Source of the DNA: a virus
Lineage: Duplodnaviria; Caudoviricetes
Reading direction: 5' to 3' (one strand)
DNA length: 61,275 bases
IMG/VR virus record: IMGVR_UViG_3300027769_000034
Coordinates: 1-61,275 of that record
Shown here: positions 17,743 to 26,395 of the stretch, one piece after another
How the letters are laid out: every line of letters begins with the position of its first letter
How positions within the stretch are numbered: position 1 is the first letter of the stretch
The notes under the pieces: model-generated
Database searches by the model: none
Seen by the model: the letters and a program-made list of their open reading frames with translations, nothing else
What the model was told of the DNA's origin: nothing
Position numbers and translations under genes: made by a program

Positions 17743-18029
17743 CCCAAGAATTACCTGTGCAATTAGTCGAGCCCATCACTAAGAGCACCAAGTATTTCGG
17801 TGTCGACCCAAAGGTTAAAAGTGCTAAGAGAAGAGTAGTAAATGCTCGTATGATGGTAATCAATTACCTGATTCGCAACCTAGGTGTATCAAATGCAACT
17901 ATCTGCGACATCTTTAACATCAAGCATACGCTAGTTATTTACTACCTTAACCGGCACGAAGAACTAGTCGTGTCAGACAACGTGTACCGAGATACATATA
18001 TTGCGTACAAATCCTTTCTTTTTAATTAA
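17739..18029 (+). CDS. HTH protein, DnaA C-terminal-like
   Basis: VNARMM...TICDIFNIKHTLVIY. Confidence 0.5.
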   Translation: MTQELPVQLVEPITKSTKYFGVDPKVKSAKRRVVNARMMVINYLIRNLGVSNATICDIFNIKHTLVIYYLNRHEELVVSDNVYRDTYIAYKSFLFN

Positions 18030-18044
18030 TCAAAACCCCCTCTT

Positions 18045-18293
18045 ATGCAAGATAAGAAAGACGAGATGGTCGGCTACGTAGAGACGCCCACTCTTAACCT
18101 TCGATTCAGCCTGTCTAAACAGGATATCGAAATCATCAGTAAGAATATGACCGAAAAGGGTCGTGCCTTTCTGACTGTTCGTGCAGGCGTTGCCAAAGAA
18201 AGCAAGAAGCCTTACTCGATTCTTAGCGTATGGGACCCGGCCTCAAAGGGTAACGTATCTATTAAGCAGAGTAACGACGATATGCCGTTCTAA
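18045..18293 (+). CDS. Small SSB-like protein
   Basis: Acidic SSB-type C-terminal tail DDMPF; near annealing protein. Confidence 0.45.
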   Translation: MQDKKDEMVGYVETPTLNLRFSLSKQDIEIISKNMTEKGRAFLTVRAGVAKESKKPYSILSVWDPASKGNVSIKQSNDDMPF

Positions 18294-18622
18294 TGCTCCT
18301 CGAAATATCGAGATTGCTATGCCTTGAGTGGGGGATGATTCCGTTATCGGATAAGTCCCCCATTTTTGTCTTAGCAAAGGATGGAAAAGAATATGCTATT
18401 GGTATTGCAGTCGCAAAGCCCGATAGTTTTATCCTAAACTTCGAGCCTTTTGGAGATTCTATTATGCCAAATTTCTTGGCTGTCTTGGTAATTGGAAAGG
18501 CAAACGATAACTTTATCGTAATAAAATCAAAGGGTCACGAGGCTGCCATAAGAAGCGGCTCGCTGAACGCAAAAGAAATTGTTGAAGACATCATCTATAA
18601 AAACAGGATTGAATATGAGTAG
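18293..18622 (+). CDS. Hypothetical protein
   Basis: TAATG-coupled ORF. Confidence 0.6.
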   Translation: MLLEISRLLCLEWGMIPLSDKSPIFVLAKDGKEYAIGIAVAKPDSFILNFEPFGDSIMPNFLAVLVIGKANDNFIVIKSKGHEAAIRSGSLNAKEIVEDIIYKNRIEYE

Positions 18623-18884
18623 CGGACCAGGTTCTGATATGGTATTTGTTTGGTGGGACGACCCAGGAGACAGCCAAAACCACGTAGATAAGCAATGCTC
18701 TTGCGATGGTTGGCGTAAGGAACTCCAAGAGAAAGAACTCGGAGGGTGCTGTAACCACGCAAGGCAACAGGACGAAGACGAGAAGGCTGAAGAACTTCGT
18801 TGGAGAGCAATTATGCAAAACGGAAACGAAGGAACCCATTACCCTGAGTACAAAGATTATATGGATGACTCTGACGAAGAGTAA
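18615..18884 (+). CDS. Hypothetical protein
   Basis: ORF with IMQNGNEGTHY motif, ends just before the tRNA. Confidence 0.6.
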   Translation: MSSGPGSDMVFVWWDDPGDSQNHVDKQCSCDGWRKELQEKELGGCCNHARQQDEDEKAEELRWRAIMQNGNEGTHYPEYKDYMDDSDEE

Positions 18885-18890
18885 TCAAAT

Positions 18891-18967
18891 GCTCTCGTAG
18901 CTCAATTGGATAGAGCAACGCACTTCTAATGCGTAGGTTACAGGTTCGATTCCTGTCGGGAGTACCA
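18891..18967 (+). tRNA. tRNA-Arg (anticodon TCT)
   Basis: Full cloverleaf GCTCTCG/CGGGAGT, ACGCA-CTTCTAA-TGCGT, ACAGG-TTCGATT-CCTGT, encoded CCA. Confidence 0.96.
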
Positions 18968-18979
18968 AATAAAAATGTA

Positions 18980-19240
18980 ATGACCAAGTATACTAACCGA
19001 TACGGAGACGAGTTCACGTTTGAGAAGAACGAGAACGGCAACATTGACTGGAAGGGAGACCTGAAGTACACACGATACGGATGGAACGACGACGACAAAA
19101 TCATATTCGTTGACCCAAGCGGGGGACCATATATACCTGTCGGCACGAATATGTCGCTGTATGGGCTTGATGGAATCGTATCAGGATTCGTTGACCACGG
19201 CGACTATTGGGAGATTCTAATTGAGGATAAAACGCTATGA
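18980..19240 (+). CDS. Hypothetical protein
   Basis: NRYGD...FVDPSGGPYI motif; start moved downstream of the tRNA. Confidence 0.7.
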   Translation: MTKYTNRYGDEFTFEKNENGNIDWKGDLKYTRYGWNDDDKIIFVDPSGGPYIPVGTNMSLYGLDGIVSGFVDHGDYWEILIEDKTL

Positions 19241-19410
19241 GCAAAGACGCCATCCACAAACGAGGTAAGCAGTTCTGTCAGTACTGCAAAAAAGAGACGA
19301 TGCATACACCAAAGCTTGGCCTTGTAATGCAAGGCAGGCGGCTGTGCGAGCAGTGTAACAGGTCTAACGATTTTGCAAGTGATAACCCGCCAAAAGCAGA
19401 AATAAAATAG
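19237..19410 (+). CDS. Small Zn-ribbon protein (57 aa)
   Basis: Manual translation with CQYC...CEQC; ATGA coupling. Confidence 0.6.
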   Translation: MSKDAIHKRGKQFCQYCKKETMHTPKLGLVMQGRRLCEQCNRSNDFASDNPPKAEIK

Positions 19411-19440
19411 AGTTTTGGCATATTATAAAACCAACTAGAA

Positions 19441-19743
19441 ATGAAACGACTAACGAGAGAACAAAAGAAGGAGAAGGCAATGATTGACATCGTCAATAAG
19501 ATGTTTGAGATTGCTGGACACGATGTAACCTACGACGACATCGTAGGCGTAGACGAGTGGTGGCAGAAGTACACTATGACTATTGCTCAGGGCGAACAAC
19601 TTGAGGAGTGGGGCAAGCAGTACCTTATGCGAGAACTCAAGATGCGAGCAGTCTATGCAGAGAAGGAGATGCAGTGGTTCAGTGTAATGTGGGGGCTGAA
19701 GTATTCAGACTTTGACGAACACATCAAGAGTAAATTAAAATGA
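19441..19743 (+). CDS. Hypothetical protein
   Basis: 100-aa ORF in operon. Confidence 0.7.
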   Translation: MKRLTREQKKEKAMIDIVNKMFEIAGHDVTYDDIVGVDEWWQKYTMTIAQGEQLEEWGKQYLMRELKMRAVYAEKEMQWFSVMWGLKYSDFDEHIKSKLK

Positions 19744-19895
19744 AAATAGAACTTCAACCATACTGTCACACCTGCGGAGACGGGTGTTGCGATGAATACG
19801 GATACAACGTACTTGTAGACGGAAAGATAATTGGGTCTATTGGAGAAGATGCTCAAGAGTTAGCAGACCTCCTAAATGATACATTTATATCATAA
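19740..19895 (+). CDS. Small Cys-rich protein (51 aa)
   Basis: Manual translation MKIELQPYCHTCGDGCCDEYG... Confidence 0.6.
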   Translation: MKIELQPYCHTCGDGCCDEYGYNVLVDGKIIGSIGEDAQELADLLNDTFIS

Positions 19896-19978
19896 TTTTT
19901 TTCTGAAACCTAAATACATTTGTCAGACCGAGAAAGCCTGATGCGGTTAAATGAGGGCACACTTTAAATCTAATTCAA

Positions 19979-20167
19979 ATGAAAAAAGGAACATTAGTCT
20001 GGGTACTTGCTGAAGTAAGTGAGTACCAAGAGACCAACACTGATGAGGATACTATCATTGTAGAGCCTCAAGGAAGGAAGGCATTGCCTTACTACGCTCC
20101 TGCTGAGGTGGTCATAAGGCTCACGGATGATGAGATTTGCGACCTAGAGATGAAAGAAATTATTTAA
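19979..20167 (+). CDS. Hypothetical protein; its stop lies in the first array repeat
   Basis: Ends at TAA of TAACACCAACAAGGAA. Confidence 0.65.
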   Translation: MKKGTLVWVLAEVSEYQETNTDEDTIIVEPQGRKALPYYAPAEVVIRLTDDEICDLEMKEII

Positions 20168-20274
20168 CACCAACAAGGAATTAGAACTCCGCCCGCTTAT
20201 GGCGCATTAGGATTCAGCAAGCGGAAAGCTACCGCCCTGATTAACGGAGTCTTTTTCTTTAACACCAACGAGAA

Positions 20275-20490
20275 ATGAGAACACCAAAAGAGAAAGCAAA
20301 GGAATTATTTGAGAAATTCCTATTTTATACATTGAATGATTTTTCAGATGAAAACTTTGAACAAACAAGGCAATGTGCATTGGTTGCAGTTAATGAGATG
20401 TTAGGTCTTGGCGCAATAGTCGGTAGTGATTTATCAGACTCATTCTACATCTATTGGGAAGAAGTAAAACAAGAAATTAAAAACCTTTAA
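20275..20490 (+). CDS. Array cassette protein (TPKEKAKEL type)
   Basis: Starts and stops within junction repeats. Confidence 0.75.
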   Translation: MRTPKEKAKELFEKFLFYTLNDFSDENFEQTRQCALVAVNEMLGLGAIVGSDLSDSFYIYWEEVKQEIKNL

Positions 20491-20502
20491 AACCTACGAC
20501 AA

Positions 20503-20856
20503 ATGAAACAGACAGCAGTACAACTTGTTTACGACTTAGTTAAATCGGGACTGACCGCTAAGGAGATAGTAAACGCCCTTTTAGCAGATGAGAAGTTAAT
20601 ACTTGAGAAGGAGAAGGAGATTATCGTCGACTTCACCATAAAGCACAGCGATGACAAGGTCGAAAAGATTGACTATGATTATAAAAGAACCTTTAATATC
20701 AGCGATAAAATGAAAACACCAATCGAAATGCTGAATGCTATAATCCAAATGCAAGAAGCGCACTCTGGACGTGCATTCGATACACATATGGCATTAAATG
20801 AGCTTGCTAAAGAAGCAAAGGAAGTGGTAAAATCTTACACAGAAAACGAGAAATGA
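20503..20856 (+). CDS. Array cassette protein, MKQTAV family fused to a second cassette
   Basis: Internal degenerate junction at 20694-20713 with in-frame MKTPIE. Confidence 0.7.
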   Translation: MKQTAVQLVYDLVKSGLTAKEIVNALLADEKLILEKEKEIIVDFTIKHSDDKVEKIDYDYKRTFNISDKMKTPIEMLNAIIQMQEAHSGRAFDTHMALNELAKEAKEVVKSYTENEK

Positions 20857-21035
20857 AAAACTACTTTTCACGATTGAAGAATCACGCAGGGTTACCGCTT
20901 GCTATTGGTATTGCGTTATTCCTTTTTGCCTACTCATATCTTACCAAACCTTTAGCTGACAGTATTGCTTTGGGATTGTTTTGCAGTTCGCCAATATGGT
21001 TAACGGTATTGATTTCAAACTTTTTTAATGACTAA
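20853..21035 (+). CDS. Array cassette, two-TM membrane protein
   Basis: Two hydrophobic segments; repeat-bounded. Confidence 0.65.
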   Translation: MKNYFSRLKNHAGLPLAIGIALFLFAYSYLTKPLADSIALGLFCSSPIWLTVLISNFFND

Positions 21036-21047
21036 CACCAACGAGAA

Positions 21048-21179
21048 ATGAAACAAGAAGAACCAAGCAACGATATGTGCGAATGCAAAGTCCCACAACC
21101 ACAAATCAAAGTCAGTGAAAATGGAACATATGCTTACTGCACAAAATGTATAAGAACAATTAACAACAACAAGAAATGA
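21048..21179 (+). CDS. Array cassette, Cys-rich peptide (43 aa)
   Basis: Manual translation MKQEEPSNDMCECK...YCTKC; repeat-bounded. Confidence 0.6.
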   Translation: MKQEEPSNDMCECKVPQPQIKVSENGTYAYCTKCIRTINNNKK

Positions 21180-21340
21180 AAAGAACACTAATTATTTACA
21201 ACACAAAAGAGACTACACAAGAAGAAGCAGCACACCTTCTTGATATCCTTAACTGCGATGATTCTATGATATGGGATAATGCAGATAGATGCGGAGTAGA
21301 AATTATTGAAGTACCAACAGATAAAACAAAAGATAAATGA
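21176..21340 (+). CDS. Array cassette peptide (54 aa)
   Basis: Manual translation MKRTLIIYNTKETT...; repeat-bounded. Confidence 0.6.
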   Translation: MKRTLIIYNTKETTQEEAAHLLDILNCDDSMIWDNADRCGVEIIEVPTDKTKDK

Positions 21341-21561
21341 AACAGACAGCAGTAGATTGGTTAGTCCAAGAATTATCTAAAAAGGGGGATTACGGACTAG
21401 GTTTTTATTTAGAACACAAAGACGAAATAATCCAAGCCAAAGAAATGGAGAAGGAGCAGATGTGCGTATTTTTTCAATCGTTTGAATACGAATACTTCAA
21501 TGGCAATGTTTCAAGCATAGACGAACACTATGACAAAACCTTTAAACCCAACGAGAAATGA
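21337..21561 (+). CDS. Array cassette, MKQTAV family
   Basis: MKQTAVDWL...QAKEMEKEQ...YDKTFKPNEK. Confidence 0.8.
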   Translation: MKQTAVDWLVQELSKKGDYGLGFYLEHKDEIIQAKEMEKEQMCVFFQSFEYEYFNGNVSSIDEHYDKTFKPNEK

Positions 21562-21749
21562 AAACACAAACACATCAAGAGTTGATATCTATTGCAGACA
21601 AACTCTACCGAGAGCAAAACCCAACGGGAACTATGTGTACACCCAATAGTGTATATATAACAGTGCTTGAAAATTGGTACCCTAAATATGTAGAATCTAA
21701 AAGCGAATTAGATTTCTATGACTACTGCTATAAAACCTACGACAAATGA
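21558..21749 (+). CDS. Array cassette protein
   Basis: Repeat-bounded ORF. Confidence 0.7.
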   Translation: MKTQTHQELISIADKLYREQNPTGTMCTPNSVYITVLENWYPKYVESKSELDFYDYCYKTYDK

Positions 21750-21979
21750 AACAGACAGCAGTAGAGTGGTATGAAAATGAAATCAATGCTTTATTTGATA
21801 AATATGAGAATAAAGAAATTTCAAAAATTGAGTTTCTGATAATGAAGCACAACCTTTTCTACCCAGCCAAAGAAATGGAGCAGGAGCAAATGATTGATTG
21901 GTATGCTACGGGGCAGGCAGATACAGTAAATATGTATGAGCAACACCTCAACAAAAACTCTAACACCAACGAGAAATGA
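21746..21979 (+). CDS. Array cassette, MKQTAV family
   Basis: MKQTAVEWY...AKEMEQEQ...NTNEK. Confidence 0.8.
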   Translation: MKQTAVEWYENEINALFDKYENKEISKIEFLIMKHNLFYPAKEMEQEQMIDWYATGQADTVNMYEQHLNKNSNTNEK

Positions 21980-22407
21980 AACAGACGGCAGTAGAGTGGT
22001 TACAACAGGCGTTGGAAGACACGATATTAACGCACGAACAGATTATGCAAACAATTGGTTTATTTGAGCAAGCTAAAGATATTGATGCAGAGCGTGCTTA
22101 TGGTATTTACGAAAAGTGGTTTTGGGATAATTTACCTTCAAAATCGTCTTCTGAAGGGAAATTAAGCCAAAAAGAGTTTTATAACAGATATTTTAAAATG
22201 AAACAGACAGCAGTAGAATGGCTTGTTAATATGTGGGAGATGCAAGGTACAATCACACCACTTGATATTAGAGAAGCAAAAAGAATCGAGAAAGAGCAGA
22301 TTGAAGATGCTTTTGAAAAAAGTAGGCTAACGCACCCAATGATTGGATTTAAACACAAAACATTTAAAGACTACTACAACGAAACCTTTAACACCAACGA
22401 GAAATGA
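21976..22407 (+). CDS. Array cassette, tandem fusion of two MKQTAV units
   Basis: Second MKQTAVEWL begins in frame at 22198. Confidence 0.8.
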   Translation: MKQTAVEWLQQALEDTILTHEQIMQTIGLFEQAKDIDAERAYGIYEKWFWDNLPSKSSSEGKLSQKEFYNRYFKMKQTAVEWLVNMWEMQGTITPLDIREAKRIEKEQIEDAFEKSRLTHPMIGFKHKTFKDYYNETFNTNEK

Positions 22408-22637
22408 ATGAGGTTGACATCTTCATCAATCGTATGAGGCGTATCGGTATTGAGCTTGAGCTGATGGGTAACATCCCTTGGATATACCTTATCTCAGTAA
22501 ACGGCAATAGACTACAGGAAGAGGACTGGGATGCCAACTACGGCTTCACCATTGCTTGGTATCCAGTGCGTGTCGGAGAAACCTACAAGCTGGCTGATGT
22601 CAAGAGAACATTTGAAGTAATACGTAAGTACAAATGA
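22404..22637 (+). CDS. Hypothetical protein
   Basis: GNIPWIYL..VNG motif; starts in last repeat. Confidence 0.7.
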   Translation: MNEVDIFINRMRRIGIELELMGNIPWIYLISVNGNRLQEEDWDANYGFTIAWYPVRVGETYKLADVKRTFEVIRKYK

Positions 22638-22813
22638 AAACAGAAGAAGAAAAGTGGGAGCTGATAAAGAAGTTGGTGTATGATAAGATTCGTCATACGT
22701 TCCACTCTAGCAGCGTTCAGTTCCTAAACAAACAGCAGTGCGAGAAGGTCGCTGACTTTATCGTAGAGCTGTCAAAAAATGAAACTCAACTCGGAGAAAA
22801 TCCGAATAACTAA
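22634..22813 (+). CDS. Small hypothetical protein (59 aa)
   Basis: Manual translation MKTEEEKWEL...; ATGA coupling. Confidence 0.55.
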   Translation: MKTEEEKWELIKKLVYDKIRHTFHSSSVQFLNKQQCEKVADFIVELSKNETQLGENPNN

Positions 22814-22826
22814 ACAAAACCTGACA

Positions 22827-23015
22827 ATGAAAACATCAAACAAATACCCAAGCGTTGGATTCTCTGGATTCCTAACCATTTTATTTATTGCCCTAAAGCT
22901 TACCGGATACATCACTTGGTCTTGGTGGTGGGTATTATCTCCAATGCCAATTCAATTTGCTGCTGGGGTAGTACTTATAGCTACTGGTGTCATTCTTCAA
23001 AGACTATGGAAATGA
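22827..23015 (+). CDS. Small membrane protein
   Basis: LFIALKLTGYITWSWWWVLSP motif common in phages. Confidence 0.75.
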   Translation: MKTSNKYPSVGFSGFLTILFIALKLTGYITWSWWWVLSPMPIQFAAGVVLIATGVILQRLWK

Positions 23016-23353
23016 CAATCAAAACAGGAAAGTACTACTCCCAGTGGGGATTCGGTGTATCGTTTGTCAACTACACCAAAGGTATGTGGTCAATAGTAGT
23101 CGACCTTGGTCCGTACTACATTGACTTCTACAATATGAACGGTAACAAAGGCGACAACCTTGAGGCATTCAACGAGTTCTACAAGAACATCGACGATGAC
23201 TTCGGTCCTGCTCCGGCCTGCGACAAGTGCGGAAAGGAAAGCGAGTCGTGGGATGATATTATGTACAACATAGAGTCCGCAACAAAGTGGGAATTGTGGT
23301 GCTACAAGTGTGTTGATGAGAAAAATAAAAGCAAAAAGAATGAAAAATCCTAG
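23012..23353 (+). CDS. Hypothetical protein with C-terminal Zn finger
   Basis: CDKC...CYKC; ATGA coupling. Confidence 0.6.
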   Translation: MTIKTGKYYSQWGFGVSFVNYTKGMWSIVVDLGPYYIDFYNMNGNKGDNLEAFNEFYKNIDDDFGPAPACDKCGKESESWDDIMYNIESATKWELWCYKCVDEKNKSKKNEKS

Positions 23354-23486
23354 ACTGATTGCTGAACAATACAAAAAAGCGCAGTACTTTCGCAACGTCT
23401 GTATGTATAACAGGAAGGATGCTGAGGCTAAGTACTGGGAAGGATACATAGACGCATTAAGTTTAATTTTAGAAACAGAGAAATGA
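23340..23486 (+). CDS. Small hypothetical protein (48 aa)
   Basis: Manual translation MKNPRLIAEQY...YWEGYIDAL. Confidence 0.55.
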   Translation: MKNPRLIAEQYKKAQYFRNVCMYNRKDAEAKYWEGYIDALSLILETEK

Positions 23487-23782
23487 CAACAGGAGAGCTG
23501 TTCCTCGCAGTAGAGGACTGGGCTAGAGACCGCAATTTGCTCGAGCCAGAATACAAAAGCCGTCAGGCACTTAAGGTAATGGAAGAAGTCGGTGAGACGA
23601 TGGCCGCACTTGCTCGTGGAGACAAGGAGAAACTTGCCGATGGCATCGGAGACTCAATTGTCACAATCATCATCCTCGCCGCTCAGGCAAACCTAAGCGC
23701 TCACGACTGCCTTCAGTTGGCTTACAACGAAATCAAAGATAGAAAGGGACGTATGGTTGATGGAGTCTTCATCAAAGAATAA
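23483..23782 (+). CDS. MazG-like NTP pyrophosphohydrolase
   Basis: WA.DRNL...KVMEEVGE...DGIGD...AYNEIKDRKG...GVFIKE. Confidence 0.88.
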   Translation: MTTGELFLAVEDWARDRNLLEPEYKSRQALKVMEEVGETMAALARGDKEKLADGIGDSIVTIIILAAQANLSAHDCLQLAYNEIKDRKGRMVDGVFIKE

Positions 23783-24021
23783 TGTATCCCATATACTATC
23801 TTGAGATAGAAGTATCTATTCGCAAAGCAAAAAACACTTTTACTAAGTCTACTTGGGCCGTATCTAAGTACGACAACTCGTATGACATTATGTCTAAAGA
23901 CAAAAAGACAATGGACAGACTTGACGAGGAGTTGTATGGCTCTGCTTACAAAGGCGAAAAGCGAATAGCAATAACTAAAGTTAAATCTATTAAAAAAGTT
24001 GGAGACTCAGCATTCCTATGA
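23782..24021 (+). CDS. Hypothetical protein
   Basis: Coupled ORF. Confidence 0.65.
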   Translation: MYPIYYLEIEVSIRKAKNTFTKSTWAVSKYDNSYDIMSKDKKTMDRLDEELYGSAYKGEKRIAITKVKSIKKVGDSAFL

Positions 24022-24281
24022 ATAAACGAGAATACATTGTGAGCCTTTACTCTGGTCACGATGATGAAGGCATTTTGTTTGCGGAGGGACTTGATGAAGC
24101 AATCATCGGAATATGCCCGTCGTCTTTTCGTGTAGTATACTCAAGGTCGAAAGTCATTGACATATTGGCTAACGATATGAGTCTAGAGGAGGCTGTTGAA
24201 TTTGCAGAGTACAACACATTTAGCGCTTATGTCGGAGATAAAACTCCAATATGGGTCGAAGACTTTGAATGGAACAACTAA
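24018..24281 (+). CDS. Conserved phage hypothetical protein
   Basis: GLDEAIIG...VVYS...EAVEF.EYN...AYVG..TP. Confidence 0.75.
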   Translation: MNKREYIVSLYSGHDDEGILFAEGLDEAIIGICPSSFRVVYSRSKVIDILANDMSLEEAVEFAEYNTFSAYVGDKTPIWVEDFEWNN

Positions 24282-24679
24282 TGAAAACAACAGCAGAACA
24301 GATTGTAGAAGAGGCAAATGCCGTACGTGATTTACTACTACAAAAGAACAAAGCGTACGGAGACTCAGCGCTAAAGCCTGCAAACATCTTTGCTAGGGGC
24401 TCGGCAACTGAGAACATAGCGTGTAGAATCGATGATAAATTGATGAGAATCAAGAACAAAGGATTCAACGATGAGACTGAGGACACCATACAGGACCTCA
24501 TTGGTTATTTAATCTTACTTAAAATCGCAATAGCAAATGAGCGTTCTCAAGAACACAGTAACGATATTCAAGGACATTCTTCAAAAGGAGAATCCACATC
24601 ATATTTCAGTGGAGTTGGCACTCCAACGTATTCGAACGGGGAAGTCGTTGACTACCATATCGGAACTGAGGTCCGGTGA
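24269..24679 (+). CDS. DUF1599-like nucleotide-modification-associated protein
   Basis: KNKAYGDS...RIDDKLMRI...EDTIQDLIGY. Confidence 0.7.
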   Translation: MEQLMKTTAEQIVEEANAVRDLLLQKNKAYGDSALKPANIFARGSATENIACRIDDKLMRIKNKGFNDETEDTIQDLIGYLILLKIAIANERSQEHSNDIQGHSSKGESTSYFSGVGTPTYSNGEVVDYHIGTEVR

Positions 24680-26366
24680 TAAAACACAGAAAAAGAAACT
24701 ACCTGTAGTGCTTTGGAGCGGCGCTTTCTTAGAGCGCAAAGACTCGGCATTACACGACCACAGTGGGCTTATTGTTATCGACCTTGACCACGTCGACGTA
24801 GATAAACTAAAGCCAGTACTTGCTACTGATGAGTACGTTTTGTCTTGCTGGGTATCTCCTAGTGGTGACGGCCTAAAGGCGTTGGTTCAAGTAACAAACC
24901 CGGAGCGCCACAGAGACCACTTTAGAGCCCTTCAGGCATACTTTGACAAGCAATACGGAATCGATATTGACCCTAGTGGAATCAATGAGTCTCGCGCCTG
25001 TTTCGAATCCTACGACCCGGATATTGTAATCAAAGATGAGACTAAGGCATTCGGTCATATCTTGACCGAGCAGGCGGCTACCAATCAGGAGTCTAAGCAG
25101 GTAGAAAACTACACAGACTACCATAAGCTAAACATTGCGGCTCGTATGATTCGTAATGCTCCTGACGGAGAGAAGCACGCTACACTCTTAAAGGCTTCTA
25201 TTCTTTGTGGTGGATACGTGTCTGCAGGAAGGATGGAGGAGGATGAGGTAATCAGAGTCCTTCTGCGTGAGATTGAAAAGAGAGATATCGATTCAGTCGA
25301 GACAGCACGTCAGACCATTCGTGATGGCGTCGAACAAGGAAAGAAGCTTCCTATTCGTGAGATTGTAGAGCAAGAAGACAAGTTCCAACGTGAGATGTTA
25401 ATCAACGATGGAGATATGTCTTTTGTATCTTCTGACGATGAGGACTTCAGATGGATTAACGACCTAGCTGAAGGCAAGGTTGAGATTGGCCTGGACACTG
25501 GCAATGACCACCTTGACAATTACTTCAGGTTCAAAAAAGAGTTCTTGATTATCAACGGACACTCTAACGTGGGTAAGACCACGTTCATTCTGTTTATGAT
25601 GGTAACGTCGTCTATGCGTCACGGATGGAAGTGGATTGTTTATTCGTCAGAAAACAGAACTGCATCAATCAAGTACAAGCTTATGCAGTTTGCTACCGAT
25701 ATGCAGTTAAAGCATATGAACTATGCTCAGAGAAAAAAAGCTTTCGAGTGGGTACAAAGCCACTTCACTGTAATCTCGAACAGGCAGGTTTATAGTTACT
25801 ACGACCTTATAATCTTTGCAGAGAAGTTAATCAAGAGTCAGCCAGTAGATGGATTGTTTATTGACCCATACAACAGCTTGAAGATTGATTTGGCTCACGG
25901 TTCTGCAATCAGTACGCACGAATATCACTACGAAGCAGCGTCTGAACTTCTGACGTTCGCTAACGCTAAGTCTATTGCTGTATGGCTTAACACACACGCA
26001 GTGACTGAGGCACAGCGAAAACTTGGTGAAGACGGACACCCCGTTGCACCTACAGCGGCAGACACTGAAGGTGGCGGTAAGTTCGTGAATAGGGCTGATG
26101 GATTCTTGTCGTTACATAGAAAAATTCAGCACCAGGACGAGCCTACACGTAGGACGATTGAGTTCCACGTAAGGAAGGTACGTGAGGTAGAGACCGGAGG
26201 ACAGCCAACTGGTTTATATTCTCCGGTACTGTTTGAAATGAGCCGTCAGTTTACTTCTTTCGGCGCCCTGCAGGGGTCGAATAGTAGGCTGTTTATCCCG
26301 ATATTCGAACAGCGTCCTGTGCAGACTTTAGTGCTTCCGAGTGAAGATATATCTGATATCTTTTGA
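24537..26366 (+). CDS. Primase-helicase (BT4734/VirE-N-like primase + DnaB-like helicase)
   Basis: HSGLIVIDLD, SPSGDGLK; Walker A GHSNVGKT; FIDPYN. Confidence 0.85.
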   Translation: MSVLKNTVTIFKDILQKENPHHISVELALQRIRTGKSLTTISELRSGDKTQKKKLPVVLWSGAFLERKDSALHDHSGLIVIDLDHVDVDKLKPVLATDEYVLSCWVSPSGDGLKALVQVTNPERHRDHFRALQAYFDKQYGIDIDPSGINESRACFESYDPDIVIKDETKAFGHILTEQAATNQESKQVENYTDYHKLNIAARMIRNAPDGEKHATLLKASILCGGYVSAGRMEEDEVIRVLLREIEKRDIDSVETARQTIRDGVEQGKKLPIREIVEQEDKFQREMLINDGDMSFVSSDDEDFRWINDLAEGKVEIGLDTGNDHLDNYFRFKKEFLIINGHSNVGKTTFILFMMVTSSMRHGWKWIVYSSENRTASIKYKLMQFATDMQLKHMNYAQRKKAFEWVQSHFTVISNRQVYSYYDLIIFAEKLIKSQPVDGLFIDPYNSLKIDLAHGSAISTHEYHYEAASELLTFANAKSIAVWLNTHAVTEAQRKLGEDGHPVAPTAADTEGGGKFVNRADGFLSLHRKIQHQDEPTRRTIEFHVRKVREVETGGQPTGLYSPVLFEMSRQFTSFGALQGSNSRLFIPIFEQRPVQTLVLPSEDISDIF

Positions 26367-26395
26367 TATCTCGCTATGGGTGAGTATATTTGCTT

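Larger units (their letters stand above)
20165..22407 (+). repeat. Dispersed 19-nt junction repeats (consensus TAACACCAACGAGAAATGA)
   Basis: Exact copies at 20260, 21033, 21961, 22389; variants at 20165, 20488, 20694, 20838, 21161, 21322, 21543, 21731. Confidence 0.9.

Noticed and set aside
18811-19146. Minus-strand 111-aa ORF and the 18929 start extension
   Set aside because: Both overlap the tRNA-Arg gene; the real downstream start is more likely ATG 18980.
19915-19960. Hammerhead ribozyme or SAM-II-like riboswitch in the intergenic hairpin
   Set aside because: CTGATG is not followed by the required core, and the SAM-II-like words are on the antisense strand without a valid P1; only a simple stem is supportable.
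20165-22407. CRISPR array
   Set aside because: Spacers are ~95-430 nt, unequal and protein-coding; repeats are non-palindromic; no cas genes.
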